The notes below the pieces were generated by a model that worked only from the letters and a program-made list of their open reading frames with translations, did no database searches and was not told the origin of the DNA. Below, one piece after another: positions 53,801 to 64,000 of a DNA stretch of 64,000 nt. A program made the position numbers and the translations under genes. The DNA comes from Veleropilina oligotropha (Eukaryota). Numbering within the stretch: position 1 is the first letter of the stretch; every line of letters begins with the position of its first letter. Location of the stretch: positions 372,001 to 436,000 of the forward strand of contig JBEUKZ010000112.1 in NCBI GenBank assembly GCA_048128005.1, read 5' to 3'.

Positions 53801-54739
53801 AGGATAGACGCCGTAGACGACTGCAGTAACCGGGTAGGCGTTCTCGTAGTAGGCTTTGTCGACCCCAGTGATAGCACCTGGCTTAGTGTCCTGAGAGATC
53901 TCAACGACACCCTGGCCCTTCTTCCTCGCAGCCTTCACCGGGTCAAACTTGTCTTCGACCACCCAGTCGCCTTCACCCCACTCCCGCAAGAACTTTATCC
54001 TCAGGAGAAACTCACCCTTGGGAAGGGCTGTGAGGAGCTGTGCCGCCCTTGCATCTGTCATACGGGCATCCAGGGCCAGCCGTCCAGCCACTTCTATCCT
54101 CCATGTGGAGAAGGCCGCCGCGGCGCCATCGACCTCAAACTCGTCTTTGGCATCGCTCAAGAGTTCCACCCATGGCTCTTTTGCTGGGAGCCTTACAGGG
54201 GGAGGGACCTGGTCATCCAGGTCGATGAATCGTTGCCCCTCTGTTGTGGTAAACAGCCCTAGTAGATCATTCTGGTAGTCCTGGGCTGTCCGGGGCTTTT
54301 TGGAGAGCGAGGCTAAGTGATCTCTCAGAATATCGGGCCCCTTCTGAGCAATAGCCCCCGCAAGGGTCTCTTTCCGAGACCTAGTCAGACCGTGCAGGTG
54401 TGGCTTGACGATTCGATCCGCGATGTTACGAAGTGGCTTCTGTCGTATCTCGGGCTTTTTCTCAGCCTGGGATTCGTATTTACGAGCCTGCAGGGCGGCG
54501 TCGACCTCGTCCTTAATCTGCCGCAACTCGCGAGCACGTCGGCCTCTTTTGTGGGGGTTCTCCACATCTCCACGTATGGAGGGGAACCTTCCCGTTTTCA
54601 TCGCCCGCTCGAGTCTGCTCCGAAACTCCGCAGCACGGACCCTGGCGATTGCCCTGACGAGGTCGTGCTTCTTGAGCTTCGACCGAGCGGGAATCCCATA
54701 ATCTTTCGCTAAATTACGCAGTCCACTGATGAGAGGCAT
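50840..54739 (-). CDS. Multidomain replication protein: OTU-like module + divergent PolB core + SF1 helicase + His-Me/HNH-like domain (1299 aa)
   Basis: PolB-like HGG, IDMKACYPAS, CSIIGKF and VATDS. Helicase GGGGCGKT, IIWDE, GDQGQPPP, TIHSSQGLT and YLAVSR. C-terminal CAAC...SVDRVDNRRGHIRDNVRLTCLECN. Confidence 0.85.
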   Translation of the reverse strand: MPLISGLRNLAKDYGIPARSKLKKHDLVRAIARVRAAEFRSRLERAMKTGRFPSIRGDVENPHKRGRRARELRQIKDEVDAALQARKYESQAEKKPEIRQKPLRNIADRIVKPHLHGLTRSRKETLAGAIAQKGPDILRDHLASLSKKPRTAQDYQNDLLGLFTTTEGQRFIDLDDQVPPPVRLPAKEPWVELLSDAKDEFEVDGAAAAFSTWRIEVAGRLALDARMTDARAAQLLTALPKGEFLLRIKFLREWGEGDWVVEDKFDPVKAARKKGQGVVEISQDTKPGAITGVDKAYYENAYPVTAVVYGVYPLREPNPANLVPMKNGDLNCVAQRVVEHFEGALRGNGLTPIRRQKIQEWEERVHVTGATVDDISILEKILKRAIIVRDIAGADIYNSGKYRGQGNHTFRNVELICHNGHAWSKDLHFPQSREVHLYEGDVWEAIRQATQNEPMAVWLLGGKDRQLGVDQFVLQDGRTYRTQDDHERLQEACTALGNESLAERAFGVNHAASIMAKEKNGWKPTPASLLDDVQKACVEHGHGGLWNSMNYDTGDVCCIDMKACYPASFLGQGEAKPYFERFGHPTHSMTRVAINGPLPQEIGTGFAEVVEWEFAEDIHPVIPAWFGKHFAENGWAPTALLAYLVESGLLKSLKIREAIITFRKQLEVWLPENRDQGCSIIGKFTQGAKADGKRLTRRLVIDQGELDFLVRDTRQSGTLVGAPQRCPMGHILTYYDGSQPQYAHLRASMLAYAHINLLSMLQRFSAAEAVRVATDSIYLKKASLEKLDDVTVYVAPRLCDCRSQSCISCLIAEPYLPPVAPAQWRDKGEQLYLPQEHAAYLPKPEYCCAANSSQPSTAPCYNDTLTHHRLSYLNGGGGCGKTTRAMELFRARNPIVFTPTHRLAKEMRTRGVKAQTYHSFFRWSGQTDWTPDRMGQKFIPRVIIWDEVCTVPRHILEMFLDWLGQHEVQVICCGDQGQPPPITGEMPHDWLRRTADYYEEIEVDYRAKDDPALQALKRRIRLQPDKIQCGEMRKSLPSCLGWDRFVNTWRPGDLILTSRQKVRERAQQLLLQRHKEHFPDSQVPILYHPRDTRKQNIMVTIPGTDEREELVLNDVVEVTIEAAEQAILTPDWRLGYALTIHSSQGLTIHDPQKVWIIDDYLQWSNLAYLAVSRVEYLHQLERVTCPPDEGSEDRPPQAQQSKQQLRKTIQRKLVAYMRQDQAKGLPGFNLKVDDILRLREAQNNRCAACNIELLWAYQPKDTQQFSVDRVDNRRGHIRDNVRLTCLECNRKRGFAVVNA

Positions 54740-54787
54740 GACGTATTGCGATATGACACTACAACACAAAGCTCTAATTGGAACTTT

Positions 54788-55069
54788 TTATGTCGTGCGC
54801 GACAGCAACTCGCGCAATACTGCGCCGTAGAGACGGCGAGCTCGGTTTTTAGTGTTTATGAGAGCCTGGGCGGCACGATGACCTCCACATGGTCTACACA
54901 CCAGAACGGCCGATTTCGTGCCCCCCCCACATCTCTTACATGGCGGGGGTGATGTTCTACCCATCCGAATTTGCCGTCGATGGGAATTGCAAAATTCGTT
55001 GACGCAGCTACGACCACAAACCCCAACGGCATTAATTGTCAACCAAGGGCATACATTCTTTCCCCCCAT
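54788..55069 (-). CDS. Small zinc-finger-like basic protein (93 aa)
   Basis: C-x10-C-x3-C-x4-C-x2-H followed by two CxxC pairs; accATGg start context. Confidence 0.65.
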   Translation of the reverse strand: MGGKNVCPWLTINAVGVCGRSCVNEFCNSHRRQIRMGRTSPPPCKRCGGGTKSAVLVCRPCGGHRAAQALINTKNRARRLYGAVLRELLSRTT

Positions 55070-55327
55070 GGTTATCGCGTATACCATCGTATATACCAGT
55101 CTCTAATATAGAGTATGACACTAACACACAAGAGCCCGGGCCGGCGAGGGTAGTGGGCCGTCCCTGGGGGCTCTTACTACATGCTACTCGCTCTGTACAC
55201 ACGGTGACTTTTTGTAATACAAGCCCTACCCTCAGTCCCAAAATATAGCTGGGAGCCTCCACAGTGGGCCCCGGGGCCTAGTCTAAACTCCCCTGCTGAC
55301 TAGTCCGAGCACCCTGAGTTCTAAACA

Positions 55328-55468
55328 GGTGCTGGGAGCCGCATTTTCCCATTCTATTAGAGTCCAATCACCCTCCCTGCTGCTGAGTTGAGATCCATAT
55401 TAATTCTGAAAAGGTGCTGGGAGCTTTATTTTCCCATTCTAAAAAGTCTACTGACCCCCCCTGCTGCT
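55328..55468. repeat. Right terminal inverted repeat
   Basis: Reverse complement of 38790-38930. Confidence 0.95.
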
Positions 55469-57627
55469 ACATAGAATCAAGAAGTGGCATGTCACAAACC
55501 ACAAGTGGTTTTTTTTTGGGGGGGGGGACATAGTATAAAAGAACACTGACAGCATTAGCACTGTACACACGAAATAATGTCCATTTATGCAAAGTTTCAA
55601 ACCAAATTAATCATTTTAGGTGAAAAAAATTTACACAAGCATTGCTGACCAGTAATTATACCTGACAGACTAACTCAGAGACAGTTGATGATCATCTAAG
55701 CACTTAAATACCAAGTCTTACTCAAATGGCATTAACAACTAAACATTGAGTAAACCTTGCTAAATATTGTGATTTTCTTAACCATGAAAATTACAACAAA
55801 ATTATAATACCACATTCATTACTTCCAGTATCCGATTATTTCAAACTGATTTACATAAACTATGTCATGATTTTGTTAATATACACTAATTGTTGAAGAT
55901 ATTGCCACATCTCAAATGAATATGGAGATATTATTATAATTATAGTTAAATTAATACAGTTATTGAAACATAATCTTTGGCACAATTAATCCAAAATTGT
56001 AATGGAAACTGAAGTTCATGATTTTTTACATCTACATAAAATTAATGGATTCCGGGAGCACCCTGACCGGTGACAGATTCATCTACTGATGTACGTCTCC
56101 CTCAGGATACATGATGAAACCCAATATGGCTACACGCATGAATCATTCACAGGTAACCTTACCTACGCTACATTCCTGGATTAAATGTTGATTATAAAGA
56201 CTCATTAATCCCAATTACTCCTGCGATATCGAATACACAGTGTTCAATGTTGTCATGGTTATTCCAGTACCATACCTGTGTACATGCAGGTAATGTCAAA
56301 CAAATCTTGAAACATTCTAAATCCGGTACTTTTCACGATGTTATACGCATTCTTGGTTATCAAGATTAAGCTCAGACTCACCACGAATAATAATGACAAT
56401 TCCATTGAGAACAACTTCCTTCAGTTTCCTTCATTGATGACAGCTGATCGTTAGACCGGTCCATAATTAAAATTAGGGGTGGTTAGGATGATCTCCAATA
56501 TCTCACAACAATTTGGGGACACACATTTTAATGGACTATAACATAGTAATGCCTAACCCAATTGATTGCAGTCCTAACCACATCACTTACAAACATTTGT
56601 TTACAATTTACCAATAAAAATGTATGTGGTTAAACTGTTTCCCTTAATTTACTGTGATCACCCATCTCTACTCAGATGCTAAATGAGTTCAATCAGATCT
56701 ATATTAATCATCCAATTAAAATGATTGACAGCCACAGCCAGCATGCTGCTTCATTCAAATCAAGTGTTTATAGACAGTAGTGACTGAGTTGTATTAGATT
56801 TGGACAGGCACTTCCTTATGGCTTCAGTAAATAACCATAAATAGACCGGATATAAATTAAATATACACCCTCAAGAAAAGCATGCCAACGATGGCAGGGA
56901 ATATTTTATGGTGCAATTATTGCAACTTTATGTTAATATCCCGTAAACCAAATACATTAGCGGAGAGGAACATTAATGGAGAGGAACATTAATAAAATGT
57001 CTAGTTCCATTACAACCTGTGTTTCCATGTCATTGCTGTAGTTAACTGCGTTTGTGGATAAATAAACCAATCAAATCCTGCTTCAAATCATGGAAATAAT
57101 GGTACATGAAACTGCACTTAATTATTGCAATTTTTTCATCAAACCACCAAAACCAAACTAACAAAAATTATCAGTTTGTAAACAACAAATTGCAAATATG
57201 CTCATCCAGGCAAATGCTTCAACATTAAACAATATGATTGTTCAAATATAAAAACAAAATAATATTTCACGATGAATATAAATTGAATTATTTGTTAGCG
57301 AAATGAAAAATATGCACACACAAGAAAATGAAAATCAAAAACTCTTCATTATATCATATGACCATGTAATGAATATCTGCAACAAAAATTCTTACACAAA
57401 CTGTCCTACCCTGTCAAAATTCGGCAATATTATGGTCATGTAACTCCAAAATGTCCATTCCTCCATGCCACAATCTTAAACACTTGTAATAATAAAATGA
57501 CACCTTTCTGAATCAAAGCCTGTATTAAATATACTGAAGGAAACCAGGCACTCACTTTGTTCAACAAAACTTTTATTAAAATTACTGAAATGAACAGGGG
57601 TTCTTGGCTGAAGTGTACCATTACATG

Positions 57628-59711
57628 CCGGTGTCATATGGTATTTTGACCCCATGGTAAAACGACCCGCGGGTCACTTTATCATATGGTCAATTGACCC
57701 GCGGGTCATAATTCTGATATGGCCAAACGACCTACCATATGGTAATGTGACCCGGGTCAAAATTTGACTATGGTGAAGTGACCCAGGTCAATTTTCTAAA
57801 TTTTATGATGATATTAATGTTGTTATAGATGGTTTAATCAATATTTATTTCTGGAAAAAGTAAAAATATATCTAATGACATTACAAAATAATCAAATAAG
57901 GTGATTAAGCAACAGGACTAGCCTATTCAAGTCTTTTCACCAAGAAACATTAAAGAAAATATACAAGTGACGATAAGCTGCAAATAATATTCTATATTCC
58001 ATATCGTGTTCTACTTCATATAATTAGACAATCAAGCATAAATATTAATTGGGTTGGATAATGTCTTGATATTAGGAATTGTTTTGGTTATTATAACGGG
58101 ATGTAAAGATTTGCAATGAGCACCCAGGTATGTTTCAATTGATAGATGACAATTAATATGATGTAACGACGTTTCTCTATTCTTTAGTTGGTTTAAATAA
58201 GTAAGTGACATACATAAATATGTAATAAGTGGAGGATTTAGCATCAACCTACTTAAAACTTAAATTTTATATCTTAATTAACATATATGAATTATTAGTA
58301 TAATAATGTGTGTGTGAAAGATAAATTGGTAGCAATTCTCTATATATTTTTAATATTATAAGTATCATTGAAAATATAATTAAACACATTTTAGTGTACC
58401 GGTAATTGTCTTGTGGCTATATCAATATTGCACTAAAGATCTTCAAACAGTGACGGTTTAACACTAATAATGACTTTGACGAAACAATACACACTTGTGA
58501 AAACATTGGCTTTATTGCTTTGTAATTAATTCCTATACAATATCAACAGTTTCAAGTCTGCAATGTCATTGTATTAAAGCTCAAACAGTCTTGTGATATT
58601 TACAATTAGGTAATATGGATTACAAGGAAAGTTGCTAATTCTCAGGTGTTCTCTCATAATCCTTTTAGTCAGTCATTGAACTGTTGTATATCTTTTTTAT
58701 TAGTAGTCTCAGATAATTTATATTGATTTGTGAATTGGAGCAAATATTTAGCAATTAAATACATGGCAATTTAGATATTAGGACTCTTTTACTGTTATAT
58801 GTACCTCATTTGGCTACAAATTATCATCCAATGTGTAAATTAAATAATATCAATTCAGCATTAAGTGATGCGTTTAATAACTTTTACATTATAAATTAAT
58901 GTAATAACCTTTAGTATATAACAATTGTAGAATTTATAGTACATAGTTATAACCATGTAATGTAGGTATTTATTTTCATGCTAAGTAGAGATCTGTGTGG
59001 TGAACCTTAAATTCTTTTACGAACAGTTCACGCAAAAATAACAATATTAAAGTGTTCTTCTCTTTACAGTTTTCTGCTTGTAAAAATTCATTTTCCTGCT
59101 TGTTACTTAATTTGCACCTACCGTTTACTGTTGCTGATTGTATATAGAGATTATTGTTTTGCATCATTCTTTATTATTATTATAATATATTTTATGTTAC
59201 AAATCTGGTGTATCGTCTTATTTCTAGTTGAACAGCAAACATTTAAGGTAATGCCATAAAGGCTGAAAACTTTATACCAAAGTAGGATATAAAGAAATAA
59301 CAGAACGTAAACATTTTAGAAATGATTTCAACAATATTTTTCACAATATGGAATGAAATGGAATAAAATTAGTGGATGCTTATCAGATTACAACAGAAAG
59401 TGATCAAAGTCATAATATCATATTAGAACAGTGATCACAGTTATTGCAGCATAGCAGAAAAGCAGCCATGAGTTATAATACCATAACAGAAAATCGACCC
59501 GGGTCATAATACCATAGCAGAAAATAGACCCGGGTCATAATTATACCATAGCAGAAAATAGACCCGGGTCAAAATACCATAACAGAAAATCGACCCGGGT
59601 CATAATACCATACAGGTCGTTTCACCATACGAGGGGGGGTCATAATACCATAGCGGTGAAATGACCCGCGGGTCACTTTACCATGCGGGTCATAATACCA
59701 TCTGACACCGG
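57628..59711. mobile_element. Non-autonomous DNA transposon with CCGGTGTCA termini and subterminal repeats
   Basis: ccggtgtcatatggtattttgaccc vs gggtcataataccatctgacaccgg (23/25 match); arrays of gacccgggtca / gacccgcgggtca at both ends; AT-rich noncoding interior; no TSD seen. Confidence 0.7.
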
Positions 59712-60519
59712 GTCCGGAGAGGCAGATATTGTAATTTATCAATCACGCGAAGGACAGAGAAGATTCACTGTTATGTTACAGGTCAAGTGACGCACTGTCG
59801 CGACATTCCATCTGTCAGAATGATCACATGATTCTGACAAATGATAAAGAAAAGTGGTGGTAGGCACTCACACAAGTAGATATCCATACTTGTTTTCTAA
59901 TTCCACATTAGCAGAGGTCACCCACGAAGTGCAGGCAAAAATGGGCATCTTACATACATTCTGTCTAGGTTACTAAGATTCGGCTCACTTCTAGAACTGT
60001 AATGATTGCTCAAGGCTATCTTATAATTTATAAATAAAAATCAAATTTATTGATTGAACACCCGATAATGTACATATGAACACTTTCCCCAGATGCATGA
60101 TCCATTACATCATGTCTATTTACAGATCCGCGTATACCTGTTGGTGACCATTACAGACTATTATAGCTGCCTGGGGGCAGGGATATGATGGACACCTATG
60201 ATAGATAACTCATCAGAAAAACCAGAACTACGCACTGTTCTCGTAAGGTCAAGCATATGAATGAAGGCAGTCAATGATAGTTAATATTAATTATGTTTTT
60301 TAAGAGTACAAGCTTTAACCAATTATTGGCAGATGAGACTATTATCAAGAAATAACAAGACGTGTGGGAGCCACACATTATCCCATCGGGTTTGTCGTAA
60401 TTGATGGAAGGTACATTTTTAAGTTGATCAACTGATAAAGGGGAATAACTGTGGAAATATTTGTCGAAGCTGTGCCGAAATCGACTTGATCTCAGAGCGA
60501 TTATTTGGAAATCAGCCAT

Positions 60520-62266
60520 AACTATTTTTAGCGACTTCTTCGTTGATAAAATAATCAAAATACGAAACACAATTTCGTTATCGCAAATGCAATCAACCAC
60601 CGATGAAATCTATGAATCTTTAGATTTGAAACGTAATGACATTCAACTCTTAACGTTTGAAGTTGCAACGAATGATGAAATTAGGTCGATCATTATGAGG
60701 TCATCATCATCTACGTGCCCACTCGACCCTCTACCATCATGGATGCTGAAAGCATGTTCAGATGAATTGTTGCCAATTTTGACGCGGCTTGTCAACATGT
60801 CATTATCCAATGCAGAAGTTCCAGAAAATTTCAAGAGCGCATTGGTAAAGCCCTTACTGAAAAAGGCCAATTTGGATCAAAACAATCTGAAAAATTATCG
60901 ACCGGTTTCTAATCTAAGTTTTATTTCAAAACTTGTGGAACGTGTTGTAGCAATTCGATTAAATTCTCACTTGAAAAATCACATGCTTTTGGACAAATAC
61001 CAATCAGCGTATCGCATGTTTCACTCCACAGAAACAGCCCTTTTAAAGGTTCAGAACGACACACTTCAATCTCTACATCAGAAATCAATGGTTGCTCTCG
61101 TCTTGCTTGACCTGAGTGCAGCTTTCGATACAATTGACCACCAAATTCTGTTTAACCGCCTGAACGCCTACTTTGGAATCAAGCAATCAGCGCTTACATG
61201 GATCAAGTCATATCTACATGAGCGAAAACAAACGGTCGTCATAAACGGCATGAAATGTGACCCTGCCTCTCTCCCTTACGGTGTGCCACAAGGTTCCGTC
61301 TTAGGTCCGATTCTGTTTTCGATGTATGTCACACCCGTAGCAGAGATTGCCTCCAAATATAATCTGTCCTATCATTTCTACGCAGATGACAGTCAAATAT
61401 ATGTTGCATTTGATCCCAAAAGCTCCTTCAAGGCAAGCCTAGACATATTGGAGAGCTGTGTTTCAGAGATCAAACACTGGATGTGCACAAACATGCTGAA
61501 ACTCAATGATGATAAAACTGAGTTTATTATATTTGGCTCAAGAAGTAACATCACAAAGGTCCGAGATGTAAACCTACAAGTTGGTGAAACTGAAATAAAC
61601 TCCAGCGAATTTGTAAGAAATTTGGGTGCTTACTTCGACAACACTAGGTCGATGGAAAAATTCGTCTCTGATAAAGTTAAATACTCATTATTCTTTCTAA
61701 GAAACATCAGACGCATCCGTCGTTTTTTAACACCAGATGCAACGAAGCTTCTTGTGCATGCATATGTCATATCTCGCCTTGATTATTCCAACAGTTTACT
61801 TTTCGGAATAAACGCAAGCCTCATTAACAGATTGCAGCAACTTCAGAATGCCGCAGCCAGGCTGATTTTACTTGCCCAGCCAAGGGACCATGCAACCCCG
61901 CTGCTATATAGCCTACACTGGCTCCCTGTTGAGAAACGGATTATCTTCAAAATTCTTACATTCGTTTACAATTCTCTTCAAGGAAAAGCGCCTGGATATA
62001 TTATTGAACTTCTGGCTCAATATCGACCTATTAGAGCACTTAGGTCGCAGCAATTACAACAGTTGACAGAGAATAGAACAATGAATAAATATGGCGATAG
62101 AGCATTTATCAACAATGCCCCAAAACTCTGGAACAAACTCCCATCTAAAGTAAAGGAAAGCACATCTCAGACAAGTTTTCGGAAGACGTTGAAAACACAC
62201 CTATTTGCTGATGTATATGCCAACCTGATCAATTTAATCTCACTAACAATTCAGCTGACATCGTAA
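60520..62266 (+). pseudogene. Non-LTR reverse transcriptase (open but 5'-truncated ORF2)
   Basis: NYRPVSNL, QSAYRMFHSTETAL, LDLSAAFDTIDH, GVPQGSVLGP, YADD and LHWLPV. Confidence 0.9.
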
Positions 62267-62588
62267 TAGGAGGACAGTATTGACTGCTTCACATCTGTTC
62301 ATTGTTATTGCTTATAGCATTCATCATATGTATCATTCAAAGTTGGTTGAAGTTCACGCAGGGGCTGCTTCACCTCTTTGTCTGATTGCGCTTGTAAAAA
62401 AAAAAAATTAATAAAATTGAAAATACTCAACAAAAAAATATTCTGTTTATTATTATTGCTTATTGCATTCATAGTATGTATCATTGATGTCTCTCCTGTA
62501 TATTCTTGTGTACATTGTACTGTAATATTAGTTATAGTTTGTACTGCGCTTAGAGCTACACTAGAATAGGCGCATTATAAATGTATTA

Positions 62589-62621
<33 letters not shown>
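60520..62621 (+). mobile_element. 5'-truncated CR1/L2-group LINE
   Basis: RT ORF, a 3' UTR ending gcgcttagagc...taggcgcattataaat and a (TAA)n tail; no endonuclease domain. Confidence 0.88.
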
Positions 62622-62622
<1 letters not shown>

Positions 62623-62659
62623 TTTGAACATTTCGCGATATTCTGTTTGCGTCTTCAGA

Positions 62660-63120
62660 AATGAATAACTGCGCAAATATTTGCTGGAATAATGTCAAAT
62701 TCAATAGGAACCTCGTTTATGTCCCACTAAACCTGCATACCAAATTTGGCCCCCCTACCTATTACGCTTTTCCTGATATCTTGTTCACGTCATCCGAAAC
62801 TGAAATTTTATGTCGAAGAAGGGGATAACAATGCAAATAATTGGCGGAATAATCTGAAATTCAATAACTACCTAGAGTATGTCCCAATAAACCTGCATAC
62901 CAAATTTGAATTCCCTAGCTATTTTGGTTTTCCTGATATCCTGTTCACGTCGTCGGAAATTAAAAGGGGGATAACTGTGTAAATATTCGGCGGAATAATC
63001 TGAAATTCAATAGCAACTAAGTTTATGTCGCACTAAACCTGCATACCAAATTTGAAATCCCTAGCTGTTACAGTTTTCCTGATATCCATTTCACGTCATC
63101 TATACGGACGGACGGACTAC
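62660..63120 (+). repeat. HINE/pearl-like repeat with three tandem subunits and (CGGA)n
   Basis: aaacctgcataccaaattt and tttcctgatatc each occur three times, followed by cggacggacggac. Confidence 0.55.
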
Positions 63121-63592
63121 GCGACGACATAATTTTGAAAAAATGATGGGATAATGAAGAAGATAAAAGTTCAAAAGCATATCGAGAGCTGCCATCTAGA
63201 GTCATTTTAGTCATGCAGTACAAATATGACAAGTGTCGTCATCATCTGCTGAATCAGTTCTATAAACGTATACATCTAGGATCTGAATGCAGAGTATCAC
63301 TGCAATAACCATCATATAGACGGATATTATGAGAGTGCTTACTGGATGGCGGCAGATACATCACATACATCTTAATTACATTCACAGCAATTTGGATATA
63401 ATTTGTTTTGTTGAGAATACATCTCAAATCATATCAGATATAAACCCAGAAATCGTGCTCGAATTCATTTTGTTATTTGTAAACAGTTAGGTTTTGTAAA
63501 AGCAGGCATAACATTCAGAATTATCTAAATAATATATGAAAGGTTGGTGTTCCCACATTCTTGCACATGTCTAATCTCCCATTAATACGAAA

Positions 63593-64000
63593 ATGAGGTT
63601 TTAATGTAAACCTAATATTAGTATAAAACATACTTACGTCCTTACTCTTGCCATAATAGCATATTATCGCCCAAACCGGAAATGGTGAATATGTCCCATA
63701 ATGCACCGTTATAAGCCAAAAAAGCACACGGTTACCTCCCCTGCTCCTGCCCCCCACGTTCCCCAGCGAGACTTCGCCAAGTCTCGTGAGACTTCTGAAC
63801 AATAGAAGTCACATGACATCAATTCAAAGTTCAAAAACCACAAAGGAACGTAGTAGAGGGGAGGAATGCGAACGCAGGGTGGGTAATCGTGTAAGGACGT
63901 AAGTATGTTTTATACTAATATTAGGTTTACATTAAAACCTCATATATAGTTACAAACATACTTACGTCCTTACTCTTGCCAGAATAACCTTGGATAGGTG
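63593..64000 (-). mobile_element. 3' end of a second DIRS1-like copy (continues beyond the window)
   Basis: Homologous to 9998-10420, including an identical ICR at 63891-63981. Confidence 0.92.

Larger units (their letters stand above)
38787..55468. mobile_element. Polinton/Maverick (adintovirus-like) endogenous viral element, ~16.7 kb
   Basis: 141-bp TIRs beginning (AGC)n with 5'-AG...CT-3' ends. It is a visibly GC-rich, gene-dense island with DDE integrase, A32/FtsK-like ATPase, capsid-like genes and a PolB-like gene. Confidence 0.92.

Noticed and set aside
50912..54712. Many plus-strand ORFs antisense to the replicase (and similar ones antisense to DIRS genes)
   Set aside because: Expected in GC-rich coding DNA; no motifs.
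60271..60520. Possible inverted 5' LINE segment (twin priming)
   Set aside because: No recognisable LINE motif in either orientation and no TSD to define the boundary.

Overview
AT-rich animal genomic DNA, probably a lophotrochozoan such as a mollusc, judging only from the (GACG)n/hairpin repeat families. It is mostly intronic sequence of one minus-strand host gene, seen as a 3.6-kb exon at 28898-32519 and a probable 41-nt exon at 6291-6331, and it is densely packed with mobile elements. These include a full-length DIRS1-like retrotransposon (9998-17380), the end of a second copy (63593 to window end), a 5'-truncated Ngaro-like retrotransposon, RTE and CR1/L2 LINE remnants, SINEs, MITEs and minisatellites. 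The standout is a GC-rich, apparently intact ~16.7-kb Polinton/adintovirus-like endogenous virus (38787-55468) with 141-bp TIRs. It encodes a DDE integrase, a packaging ATPase and probable major and minor capsid proteins, but its replication gene is unusual. That ~1300-aa protein joins an OTU-like Cys/His module, a divergent family-B polymerase core with no visible exonuclease, an SF1B (Pif1/RecD-like) helicase and a C-terminal His-Me/HNH-like domain. The element has no recognisable adenain protease. It has about seven membrane-type proteins (one with adjacent PSAP and LYPxL late-domain motifs), a secreted 8-Cys protein and a ~680-bp G-quadruplex-prone array. All protein calls come from reading motifs by eye; no database searches were run.
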